Positions 53,782-63,728 of a stretch of 64,000 bases of DNA are shown here, one piece after another. The stretch is from Tubulanus polymorphus (lineage: Eukaryota; Animalia; Nemertea): positions 14,286,850 through 14,350,849 of the forward strand of contig NC_134029.1 in assembly GCF_964204645.1 (NCBI RefSeq), given 5' to 3'. Under the pieces are notes generated by a model. It saw only the letters and a list, made by a program, of their open reading frames with translations. It ran no database searches and was not told the origin of the DNA. The first letter of the stretch is position 1. Each line of letters opens with the position of its first letter. A program made the translations under genes and the position numbers.

Positions 53782-54047
53782 AGTAATAGGGATAATGGGC
53801 TTTCAGATCAAAGGTCGAACGGTCGAGCTCGTAAAAAATGAAAAACATAAAAATAATAACAATTTCTACTTGAATTACTCGCAAAACTCATAAAAATGAA
53901 AAATAAATTCTCACACACTCGAATTTATTTTTCATTTTATAAGTTTCACTCCTAATTCAAGTAGAAATTGTAATTATTTTTATGTTTTTCATTTTTACTC
54001 ACCCGCCCGTTCAACCTTTAACCCGAAAGCCCATTATCCCTATTACT
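53782..54047. repeat. Terminal fold-back of Maverick 2 (266 nt)
   Basis: Arms AGTAATAGGGATAATGGGCTTTC...GAAAGCCCATTATCCCTATTACT with further paired segments up to a TCACACACTC loop. Confidence 0.92.
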
Positions 54048-54127
54048 CTTAAAATATTCACATAAATGAATAACATTTAAATCATTGAACTTCTAAAATC
54101 AATTTTAATAAAAAATATAGTATTAAA

Positions 54128-54400
54128 ATGGAAGCAAATAAGTACTACTGCCCAACATGTAATATCGATATAGATAAATCCCAAAAAGCAAGACACAATA
54201 AAACTAGAACACATTTAGAGAATAAATTGAAACTAGAATATTTACAGTTATATTCAGAACAGTTAACAAAGGGAAAGAAATTTATTGAATTATGGAACAC
54301 TGATCCAAATAATGAACAATACGTTGAGGATACGATGTTTATACTAGAAAATGATTCTATTTTAGCCTATATACATTCAATGTACAGAGCTATAGAATAA
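54128..54400 (+). pseudogene. Chimeric stub: first ~38 codons of polB joined to an HNH C-terminus
   Basis: MEANKYYCPTCN...LKLEY matches 33396; LQLYSEQL...ELWN...NEQYVE matches the HNH ends. Confidence 0.75.
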
Positions 54401-55094
54401 ATCTATAAATTCACAGCTGTTGCAGTTGTTACTATAACGACGAGACATTATGACACGTCATAATCAGAAACGTGTAGAATATTCTAGAAAAGGCGCGCCG
54501 GAACTAGATGACGTGGCATAATCAACGACGTGTTCATTCTAGAAATCGCCCCGGAAATGGACATACGCTGTAATATTGTGCTCAGGATATTCTATCTTTC
54601 GAAACGAAATAAGGAGTTTATAGTATACAATTATAAATCTAAATGTAAGTACTGTTTGTTGTAGTTATTAGGGCTATTAAATATGAAACCTTTAGATATA
54701 TTTAAGCGTATTTAGTATATCTTTTAGATAGTTAGAGTTACCGCTAATATCTTTTAGATTAATAAAAAGTCATACACATCAAGAAGCGATAGAGAAACTC
54801 AAGATACTCTTTCTGCCTGAGGAATCAACAGCAATGGATATCGAACCAATAGAAATTAACACAAGAAACACCAAAAGATCAACGAAGAAACTATATAAGA
54901 ATTTCAAAAACATTCAGACTCCAATGATTAAGTTTAACATTTGTTAATGTAGTTAAATATTTATCAGCAATTGAAAAAATGTTTGTAATTATAAATTGTA
55001 TTTATAGAAATCAAATGATGTATTAGAAGAAATGACTGAACAACTTGTATAATGTATTGTGTAAATCTGATTTGTGAATTTTTATGTTCAGTCG

Positions 55095-55410
55095 TTTCTA
55101 TTATGTTTAACGCATGCGCATTAAGCAAAACCGACCATAAATGGCCGCATGTGACACATGTAACGCATGTGACGAGGGACATGAATGCGTTTGAATTTTC
55201 TACGTTCAGTTGTTTCTATTTTACAGAATTTATAGAATGAATATACAATTATGATTAACACATGTGCATTAAGCAAAACCGGCCATAAATGGCCGCATGT
55301 GACACATGTAGCGCATGTGTTGTTTCTATTTTACAGAATTTATAGAATGAATTTATAATTATGATTAACGCATGCGCATTAAGCAAAACCGGCCATAAAT
55401 GGCCGGCCGC
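55095..55410. repeat. ~110-125-bp tandem repeat (3 units) with small hairpins
   Basis: GCAT(G/T)(C/T)GCATTAAGCAAAACCG(G/A)CCATAAATGGCCG x3. Confidence 0.85.
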
Positions 55411-55544
55411 TTGTATTATTTAGATATCAAGGAATCGAAACAACTTATCAAAAGCAGCGAGGAATGAAAAAGGATGACGTTGGTCGAAGAAATGGAAGAG
55501 GATTATAAAATATTAACCAATTTTAATAAAAATATGTATAATAA

Positions 55545-56225
55545 ATGGAGCCGGAACAATCACAAGCTATAAATATAAACAATAAGAAATGTTCTAAATG
55601 TAAAATAAATAAACAACTCTCGGAATATTATAATTATAAAACTCAGAAAGATGGTAAGCAAAGTTATTGTAAAACTTGTAGTAAACTAAGTGACAAACAA
55701 AATTATAGAAATAATACCGAAACACGCAAAGATAAAAATAAGCAATGGAAAGAAAATCATTTAGAACATATTAAAGTGTATAATAGAAATTATCATAATG
55801 AAAAATATCATACAGATTTTAATTTTAAATTGAAACAATGTTTGAGATCTAAAGTATCAAAATTATTCAGTAAAGATAAACACTCAGAAACATTATCTAA
55901 TTTATTGGGTTGTTCAGATGAATTTCTCAAATCATGGATTATATTTCAATTCGATGATAAAATGAATATAGATAATTACGGGGATTATTACCATATTGAT
56001 CACGTGTTACCAATATCTAAATTTAACATGAACGATGAATACAATAAAAAACTTATTTGGAATTGGAAAAATTTAAGACCTTTAGAAAAGAAAGAAAATC
56101 AAATCAAATCTAATAAAATAGATTTACAGTTATATTTGAATCAACTGGAAAAAGTAAAAAAATTTATTGATTGGTGGAATTCAACACATAATGAACAATA
56201 CGTTGAGTCTTTAATGAGTGGTTAA
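55545..56225 (+). CDS. Zn-binding HNH endonuclease (giant-virus type)
   Basis: CSKC/CKTC; HIDHVLPIS...NWKNLRPL...N..KSNK; intact 226 aa. Confidence 0.82.
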   Translation: MEPEQSQAININNKKCSKCKINKQLSEYYNYKTQKDGKQSYCKTCSKLSDKQNYRNNTETRKDKNKQWKENHLEHIKVYNRNYHNEKYHTDFNFKLKQCLRSKVSKLFSKDKHSETLSNLLGCSDEFLKSWIIFQFDDKMNIDNYGDYYHIDHVLPISKFNMNDEYNKKLIWNWKNLRPLEKKENQIKSNKIDLQLYLNQLEKVKKFIDWWNSTHNEQYVESLMSG

Positions 56226-56474
56226 AGAATAATAGATTTTAAATAAAAAGTATTTAAAAAACAATAACTTCAACTAGCTAGCGAATTCTATTATATTTTT
56301 AATATTTTCTTTTCAAAAAGAGAATACTTTATATTTTGAATAGATCCGAATAGAAATTCTTTAAATTCAAATAGCTAGTATCAGTAGTCAATACTAGAAT
56401 TCTTTAGCTTTAACTATCTAGTATCATTTGAAGAATACTTATAATACTATTCTTATTAAATTTCTCTAATATAA

Positions 56475-57059
56475 ATGTCAAAGAAATCTAATAAGAATAG
56501 TATTGATATTGAAAAAACATTAGATGATTTGGGTATTAGTGATAATAAAGATACAGTTGTTTCTAATTCTATAGATTATGAATACTATTTATATTGTAAG
56601 CATCATCTAGAACTATTGATTGCGAGTGGAAAAACTAAAGAGTTTATTGGTAAAACAATAACTTTTCAAGAATTAGATAATATGAATAAAGAAAAAGTAA
56701 TAAAATATTTTAAGATTTATGAAGAGGCAAGATTATCTAAAATAAATGATTCTATTTCGAATGGTATTGTCAAATGTTATTCAAAATTATGTAACCAGTT
56801 AATACCAATTGATGGTGAAAATAAATTATATAATGATTTGAAAAATGACTATTTAGTTATGACTGAATTACAAAAATGGGTTGGATATGCTTCATTCCAA
56901 TTAGGATCGGTTATGACATTAATTTCTACTGGTGTCATAACATTTTCGAACATCAAACCTATGGAATATAAATCAGGTAAGAACGAAACAGATGTACTAC
57001 AACCAAACAGTGAAACAGAAAATGAATCAGAACAAAAATTAACTAAAATAAATGAGTGA
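56475..57059 (+). CDS. Hypothetical Maverick protein (194 aa)
   Basis: Intact; conserved with 46554-47156. Confidence 0.75.
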   Translation: MSKKSNKNSIDIEKTLDDLGISDNKDTVVSNSIDYEYYLYCKHHLELLIASGKTKEFIGKTITFQELDNMNKEKVIKYFKIYEEARLSKINDSISNGIVKCYSKLCNQLIPIDGENKLYNDLKNDYLVMTELQKWVGYASFQLGSVMTLISTGVITFSNIKPMEYKSGKNETDVLQPNSETENESEQKLTKINE

Positions 57060-57438
57060 TGGAGTTAAGAAAAAGGCTAGATCCGAGAAACAAATTAAAT
57101 GGGCAAGAGAATTAGGTAAAAGATCATCAGAATTAAAAAAAGCTAAGAAAAAGAAATTAACTGATATAAATGAATCACCCGATGATGCCGTACGGCACCC
57201 ACACGGTAGTATTGATTCAAATAATAATCCATCTAATTCTTCTAATGCTGGAAGTAATTATAAATTATATATTACAATTGGATCAGTAACAATTATTATA
57301 TTATCCGGTGTAATATATAAATCAAAATTCAAATCTGACGATAAAGATGATCGGAAACTTAGTTATCCATGTACAGACAATAAACCACCAGAAAATAAAT
57401 CAAATGAAAATAAATCTAAAATATTATTAATGGATTAA
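57052..57438 (+). CDS. Small basic protein with one TM-like segment
   Basis: Lys-rich N-terminus; LYITIGSVTIIILSGVIY. Confidence 0.7.
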   Translation: MSDGVKKKARSEKQIKWARELGKRSSELKKAKKKKLTDINESPDDAVRHPHGSIDSNNNPSNSSNAGSNYKLYITIGSVTIIILSGVIYKSKFKSDDKDDRKLSYPCTDNKPPENKSNENKSKILLMD

Positions 57439-57444
57439 AATAGA

Positions 57445-58530
57445 ATGAAAAAAGAACAATATTTAAGAGATTTATATTATAACCCAGAAAGTGAAGTATC
57501 ATATTCTAACGTTTCAGAATTATGGGATAAAATTAAATCTGATAATGGTGGTATAAAATATAGTGAATTAAAATCATGGTTACAAAATCAACCCACATAT
57601 CAAATTCATAAAAAGATGGATAAAAAATATTTAACAAGAAAAGTAATGGTTTCATATATTGACCAACAATGGCAAGCTGATTTAATTGATATGAAAAACT
57701 TAGAAGAATATAACAAAGGATATTTTTGGATACTAAATGTTATAGACATATTCAGTAGATACGCATGGAGTATCCCGATTAAAAATAAAACTGGTATAGA
57801 AGTTACAAATTCTTTCAAATTAATATTTAAAGAAGCTATCCCAGATAAAATACAATTTGATGAAGGTAAAGAATTTTATAACAAACATTTTAAAAAACTA
57901 TTAACTGATAACGATGTAGAATATTTTTCAACACATTCAGATAAAAAAGCATCTGTTATAGAAAGATTTAATAAAACATTGAAAACTAGAATGTGGAAAT
58001 ATTTCACCGCTAATGAAACATACAAATATATCGATGTGTTAGATGATTTAGTTAAAGGTTATAATAATTCTAAACATAGTTCTATAAATATGAAACCTAT
58101 ACAAGCTAGAAAAGAAGAAAATTCAGAAATAGTTTGGAATAATTTATATGGAGCATTTGTTACACATGATTTTGGAGAACCTAAATTTAAAATAGGACAA
58201 CATGTTAGAATTTCTAAATATCGAAAAACATTTTATAAAGGTTATACTCCAAATTTTACTGAAGAAATATTTAAAATTAAAAAGATAATATTAACTAAAC
58301 CATTTGTTTATAAATTGTTTGATTTAAAAGATGAAGAAATATTAGGTTATTTTTATGAACAAGAATTATCATTAGTACCAAATCCAGATGAAATAGAATA
58401 CAAAATAGAAAAGGTATTAAAAACTAAAACATTACGCGGTAAGAAATATTCTCTGGTGAAATATAAAGGATATGATGATAAATTTAATGAATGGATTTTA
58501 TCTAGTAAAATTAAAAGAATAAATGAATAA
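57445..58530 (+). CDS. Retroviral-like (rve) integrase with C-terminal chromodomain
   Basis: WQADLID, QFDEGKEF, ERFNKTLK (DDE); YKIEKVL...VKYKGYDDKFNEWI; intact 361 aa. Confidence 0.95.
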   Translation: MKKEQYLRDLYYNPESEVSYSNVSELWDKIKSDNGGIKYSELKSWLQNQPTYQIHKKMDKKYLTRKVMVSYIDQQWQADLIDMKNLEEYNKGYFWILNVIDIFSRYAWSIPIKNKTGIEVTNSFKLIFKEAIPDKIQFDEGKEFYNKHFKKLLTDNDVEYFSTHSDKKASVIERFNKTLKTRMWKYFTANETYKYIDVLDDLVKGYNNSKHSSINMKPIQARKEENSEIVWNNLYGAFVTHDFGEPKFKIGQHVRISKYRKTFYKGYTPNFTEEIFKIKKIILTKPFVYKLFDLKDEEILGYFYEQELSLVPNPDEIEYKIEKVLKTKTLRGKKYSLVKYKGYDDKFNEWILSSKIKRINE

Positions 58531-59134
58531 AGATTTATTTATATTTGAACCTCATAATATGTTAGTTACTGGTGTAACCAATTGTGGTAAAACACATTTC
58601 ATATTAGATTTGTTAGAAACTATTTATAAAAATCATTTTGATAATAAAATATTATTCTGCCCAACTTATGAAATGAATAAAACATATAATAGAGATATAG
58701 TTAAGATAAAAAAGTTTATTATATTAGATCCTAAAACAGTAAAAGAAAATTTAGATAATTGTATAAAAATAGCAATTGATACTTATAAAGGATCAAATAC
58801 ATTATTCATTGTAGATGATTGCGCAAATTTACATGATTCTAAAATTAGAGAAAGTGAGTTATGTTATTTAGCTTTCTCTGGTAGACATTTTGGGATAACA
58901 ACTTGGGTTTTAAATCAGAAATATAATTCAATTGTGAAAGATTTTAGAGAGAATATAAGATTTCTAGTTTTATTCTACAACAAAGATAGAAAATCTATGC
59001 AACAATCATTGGAAGAAAATCAAATTATACCTACTGAATTACACGATGAATATATGAATAAATTAAAGAATAATAAAGGTTCAAAATTATTACTGAGATT
59101 ACAATTTCCCTATGAATATAAATTTATAAAATAA
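58523..59134 (+). CDS. A32/FtsK-like genome packaging ATPase
   Basis: GVTNCGKT, FIVDD, SGRHFGI..LNQ; intact 203 aa. Confidence 0.92.
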   Translation: MNKDLFIFEPHNMLVTGVTNCGKTHFILDLLETIYKNHFDNKILFCPTYEMNKTYNRDIVKIKKFIILDPKTVKENLDNCIKIAIDTYKGSNTLFIVDDCANLHDSKIRESELCYLAFSGRHFGITTWVLNQKYNSIVKDFRENIRFLVLFYNKDRKSMQQSLEENQIIPTELHDEYMNKLKNNKGSKLLLRLQFPYEYKFIK

Positions 59135-59164
59135 AATCCTAATTTGGAATATTATAGAAACTAA

Positions 59165-59506
59165 TTTATATATCTATGTACTAGACGTACGAGTAAGAAA
59201 GTAAGATTCTTACCTTTTTACTTTCTTGGCAAGAATCTTGGATTCTTACGTACGTCTAGTCTATAGAAATATGAATTATTAAATGAAATATATAATAATG
59301 AATAAATCATATATTAAAACTATGATTATAATTTATGTTTATAATTTATATTTATAATTTATGTTTATAATTTATATTTATAATTTATATTTATAATTTA
59401 TGTTTATAATTTATGTTTATAATCTATGTTTATAATTTATATTTCTTGGTAAGGATTCTTGGATTCTTACTTTCTTACTCGTACGTCTAGTGCATAGATA
59501 TATAAA
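59165..59506. repeat. 42-bp inverted repeat enclosing a 12-bp tandem array, between convergent genes
   Basis: 59165-59206 pairs with 59465-59506 (1 mismatch); (TTATAATTTAT[G/A])-type array at ~59326-59440. Confidence 0.85.
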
Positions 59507-59540
59507 TAGTTTTATAGATATATAAATAGTTTTATAATGA

Positions 59541-60704
59541 TTATTCTAATTTTGTTTCTAATACATTTATAAAATCATCTTCGTTTATATCAAATTCTCC
59601 ATAAGTCTTTGGTATATTTATTGAGTTTAGTCGAGCCATCATTAATCTATAATCAGTAGGCATATTAATTTTTTCTTTTATTTTTTCAAAGTTTTCATCA
59701 AAATCATAATAATAAAAATCAATATCATATCCAAAATTAATTATCAAATAAGTTGAATCTTTTCTTCTCAAATATAATAATTTATACATTTGTTCAAGAT
59801 TATCGTTTGCATAATCTAAAAATTTATGTAATAACAAATTATAGAATATATCATATTGGTTAATATTATAATCAAAATATTTGATAAATTCTAAAGGGTT
59901 ATTTAACAATGGTAACATACCCACTTTTTTATAAACATTAATTAGATGTAATTTTGATTTATAATGAATAATTTTATCAACAGGTTCAATTTCTTTATTA
60001 CAATAATCACATATTAATTCTTTTTCATTTTCTATGTGCCACTTAGATTTTTTATGTTTAGAAAAATTACTTTTAGAAATATCTAAATTACAAATGTTAC
60101 AATGTTTTTTAGAATCATCAATTATTTCATTATCTGTTATATCATTATCATTAGTTTCAATTGGGTTAACATTATTTATTACATTATCTGTTATATTATC
60201 TATGGTATCATTAGTTTCAATTAGGTTAACATTATCTTTTATATTACTAACTGATATATTATTATCATTATTATTCTTTTCTTTTTCTATATGTTTCTTT
60301 GATTTCTTATGTGATGCCCAATTTTTATATGATATATATTTCTTACATACATCACAATATTTTTGATTATAATTTTTTTTGGATTCAATATCATATGTAG
60401 AGGGTATATTATAAGATGTAGATGCTGTTACATCTTCTATTTTAGTTTCAATATTATTACTATCTTCTATTTTAGTTTCAATATTATCTTCTATTTTATA
60501 TTCAATATCATTCTTATCTTCTATTTTAGTTTCAATATTACTTTCTATTTTAGTTTCAATATTATCTTTTATTTTACTTATTCTATATTTGAATTGATTA
60601 AAGTAATCTCCAAAATACTTACTGTATTCATCATAAGGTAATATATAATATATATCTGATATCATTTCACTTGGAGTTTGTATTTCATATATTCCACCTT
60701 CCAT
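59541..60704 (-). CDS. Multi-zinc-finger (C2H2/U1-like) protein with NIETKIE repeats
   Basis: CDVC..HKKSKKH, CNIC..HKKSKWH, CDYC..HYKSKLH; intact 387 aa. Confidence 0.75.
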   Translation of the reverse strand: MEGGIYEIQTPSEMISDIYYILPYDEYSKYFGDYFNQFKYRISKIKDNIETKIESNIETKIEDKNDIEYKIEDNIETKIEDSNNIETKIEDVTASTSYNIPSTYDIESKKNYNQKYCDVCKKYISYKNWASHKKSKKHIEKEKNNNDNNISVSNIKDNVNLIETNDTIDNITDNVINNVNPIETNDNDITDNEIIDDSKKHCNICNLDISKSNFSKHKKSKWHIENEKELICDYCNKEIEPVDKIIHYKSKLHLINVYKKVGMLPLLNNPLEFIKYFDYNINQYDIFYNLLLHKFLDYANDNLEQMYKLLYLRRKDSTYLIINFGYDIDFYYYDFDENFEKIKEKINMPTDYRLMMARLNSINIPKTYGEFDINEDDFINVLETKLE

Positions 60705-60737
60705 TTAATATAATAAATTTTTATTAAAGTTAAAATT

Positions 60738-61985
60738 TTAATACATAACACTATCTAATTGTGAATTTACAATATTTAATTGCGCGTCAGATATAATATA
60801 AATGTGCATTTTAAAATTTTTGATTCCCTTTTTCTTTGTCATGAATAATTGTATTCCATCTTTTGTATTTTGTAGTTTTTTTCCAGAACCATGTAATGAA
60901 TTATCCTCTGTTGTTCTAAAATCTAACCATAATGCATATTTATTACCGGTATAATAATCAATTTGATTAATATTACAATCTTCAGATGATTTCACTTTTT
61001 CATTCATAAAATGTTTTTTAATTTCTACCCATTGATCAATCATTCTCATTCCTTGACAAAATATTTTATTCGCTATACCTTCAATAGTTATTTCTACTTT
61101 TGTTATTTCAGGATTATAATAATTATCAACATTTATTGCGCCATTAGTATACGTTCCAATGGTAAAAAATATTAATATACCTTTAATAGATCTTCTAGGG
61201 AAGTTAATATTCTCATTAATTATTTCATCATTTGCATTAATAGTTACAGTTTTAAATTTATCAATATAATCATATAATATTGAAAACCCTTGATTATATT
61301 TAGTTTGAATTATACTTGAAATATTTTCATCAGTTACTGTATCATATTCTAAACATATATTCGATAATTTATAACTCATATCTTTATTAACGCTAGATAA
61401 TACAATTTCATTTACAGGAGCAAATGTTATCTCAAATATAATATCTTCTTGAATTGCGTATTTATATAAAGGTGCATTATTATTTATCAATTCAAAGTCT
61501 AATGGAATTTTATATTTGCTTCCATATATACTTTTTATCAATTTATCTACATCATTTGTTAATATTGCGCTATTAGCTTCTGATCTTAATTTATTTTGGT
61601 TTTCTGATTGGATTCCTTGAAATATCATATTATTTCTATTTTCTTTAGTTAACCATAAATCTTTATAATGCATAAATAAATTATAATCATCTAATGAGAA
61701 AACTGTTTCTGGACCAATCTTTATTGTTAACTTTTTAATCAAATATCTTCCAACATTATCAACGACATAATTATTATTATTACCGATTACTTTTATATCA
61801 GCTGATAAATAAATACTGTTTGGAACATAAAAAGTATTTCGTGTTAATCGAGGGATTCTAACGTATAAAGTTTCATCGGGATTAATATTTGAAGGGTTAT
61901 GAGTAATTATATGATGTGATCTTTCTGCTTTAATAGCATTAGATATTCTATGATTCTTCGAAGGACTTATATAACTCCCACTCAT
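60738..61985 (-). CDS. Major capsid protein (double jelly-roll), intact 415 aa
   Basis: Size, beta-rich pattern and position; PSNINPDETLYVRIP; KYALWLDFRTTEDNSLHGSG; HIYIISDAQLNI, typical of Maverick MCPs. Confidence 0.82.
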   Translation of the reverse strand: MSGSYISPSKNHRISNAIKAERSHHIITHNPSNINPDETLYVRIPRLTRNTFYVPNSIYLSADIKVIGNNNNYVVDNVGRYLIKKLTIKIGPETVFSLDDYNLFMHYKDLWLTKENRNNMIFQGIQSENQNKLRSEANSAILTNDVDKLIKSIYGSKYKIPLDFELINNNAPLYKYAIQEDIIFEITFAPVNEIVLSSVNKDMSYKLSNICLEYDTVTDENISSIIQTKYNQGFSILYDYIDKFKTVTINANDEIINENINFPRRSIKGILIFFTIGTYTNGAINVDNYYNPEITKVEITIEGIANKIFCQGMRMIDQWVEIKKHFMNEKVKSSEDCNINQIDYYTGNKYALWLDFRTTEDNSLHGSGKKLQNTKDGIQLFMTKKKGIKNFKMHIYIISDAQLNIVNSQLDSVMY

Positions 61986-62005
61986 TTATTTAACAAAAAA
62001 ATTAA

Positions 62006-63712
62006 TTATTTATTTTTAATCATATTCACTAACCCAAAAATAATTGCACTTACAACTGTAATTAAAAATAAAATAATATGTTCAGCAGCAAAGTTAATAA
62101 TGTTTCCTGCAGATTTCGATATAAAACCAACAATTGAAGCAATAACTCCTGGTAAAGCTGCAGCAGATTTCTTTGATAGTTCCCATAAATATTTTGCTAA
62201 TTTCTTTAAACCATCTTTAACTTTATCTTGTATAGAATTATTACCTGGAGGTTTATCTGGTTTATTGGGAGTGGGAGTAGGAGTAGATTTTAAAGCATTT
62301 GATATTGCTAAACCAATTGTTGTAAATAACATAGTTACAGCTGTTAGAATTGAAAGAATTGTTATTCCTTCTAATTTAAATAATAACTTTATTCTGTCTT
62401 TTAATGATATTTCAGAATCTGGTTTAATCAACAAATCTTTAAAAATAACTTTTAATTTTTTAATATGATTAAGATCATATGATTTTAATAATATATCTCT
62501 TTCTTCTTTTTGTAATTTTATGTTATATTCTAAATCATCTATTTCTTTTACTAAAACTAACTTTCTGCTTTCAAAATCAGCTTCATAAACTACTTGATGA
62601 TCTCTATTTAATTCTAATTGTTTTAATTCTTCATCTACATTAACTAATTCTTTTTCTAATATGGTTATTTTAGAAAATCTCATCTAAATATTAGCAATTT
62701 CACCAGCTGATTCTTGCATACCTTTAATTTCTCTACGTGCTTGTTCAGGAAATGCTTCTAATTCACCATCAGTTAAATCAAGTAATCCTTTTTCTAGTAA
62801 AGATTGTATTCGATTTATTCTAGTTTCAGTACCGGGCGTATCTAAAATACTAATCATATCTTCTTCAAATGAATTCATTGTATCAATTATTTTACCATAA
62901 TTTAATTGATTTGAATCATTATCAATTTGTTGAATATCTCTTCTCGATGTTTGGGGTGTTGAAGATCTCAATCTATCTAATCGATTTCTATTCTCTTCCA
63001 TTTCTGGATCAAAATCAGTAGGATTTGGATTTGGATTTTTAAATGGTGAATATTTGTTTATATCAATATTCGGAATTGGTTCTTCTTCATTTATTCTATC
63101 GATTGCATTCCATATAATTCTGAGAAATTCTCTACCACCTTTTGAACCTTCAATTGTAGATGTTGCTCGCATTTCAGGTTCATAAATATTTTCTTGACCC
63201 ATTTTAGATAATTGAATTGTTACAATATTCCTATTTAAATCAAGATTATAATACCATGCATCATTTTTAAATTCTAAATTATTTGTGAAATATGGGTCAT
63301 CTTTAAAAATTTGTTCTACAACACCTTCTGTATCAATTTCATGTATTACAACTGTTGGTAATAATTCGTTAACAATTGTATCTGTTACTCTAGATTTCAT
63401 TTTAAATAATTCCAAACGTTCATCAGGATATTTTTCTTGTTGTTTTTCTAATACATTCATTAATTCTTTTCTTTCTGTTCTAGTTGTAATTCTACCACTT
63501 TTAGGAGCTTCTAAATATTTATTTAATTTTTCACGTACTTCGGCATTAATTCCATCATCATAATCATCATCTTCACCTAAATTAGTATTATATGCTGATT
63601 CATCATCATTATCAATATTAGTTTCTGCATCATTATAATCATCATCAATATATCCTTCATTATTATTTCCCATTTCTCCCATTTCATAATCTTCTCCACC
63701 TTCTACTTCCAT
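62006..63712 (-). pseudogene. Acidic/coiled-coil/membrane protein split by a single in-frame TAG at 62684-62686
   Basis: The two ORFs abut in the same frame; the copy 1 homolog is continuous across this point. Confidence 0.7.
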
Positions 63713-63728
63713 TTACAAAATAAAAAAA

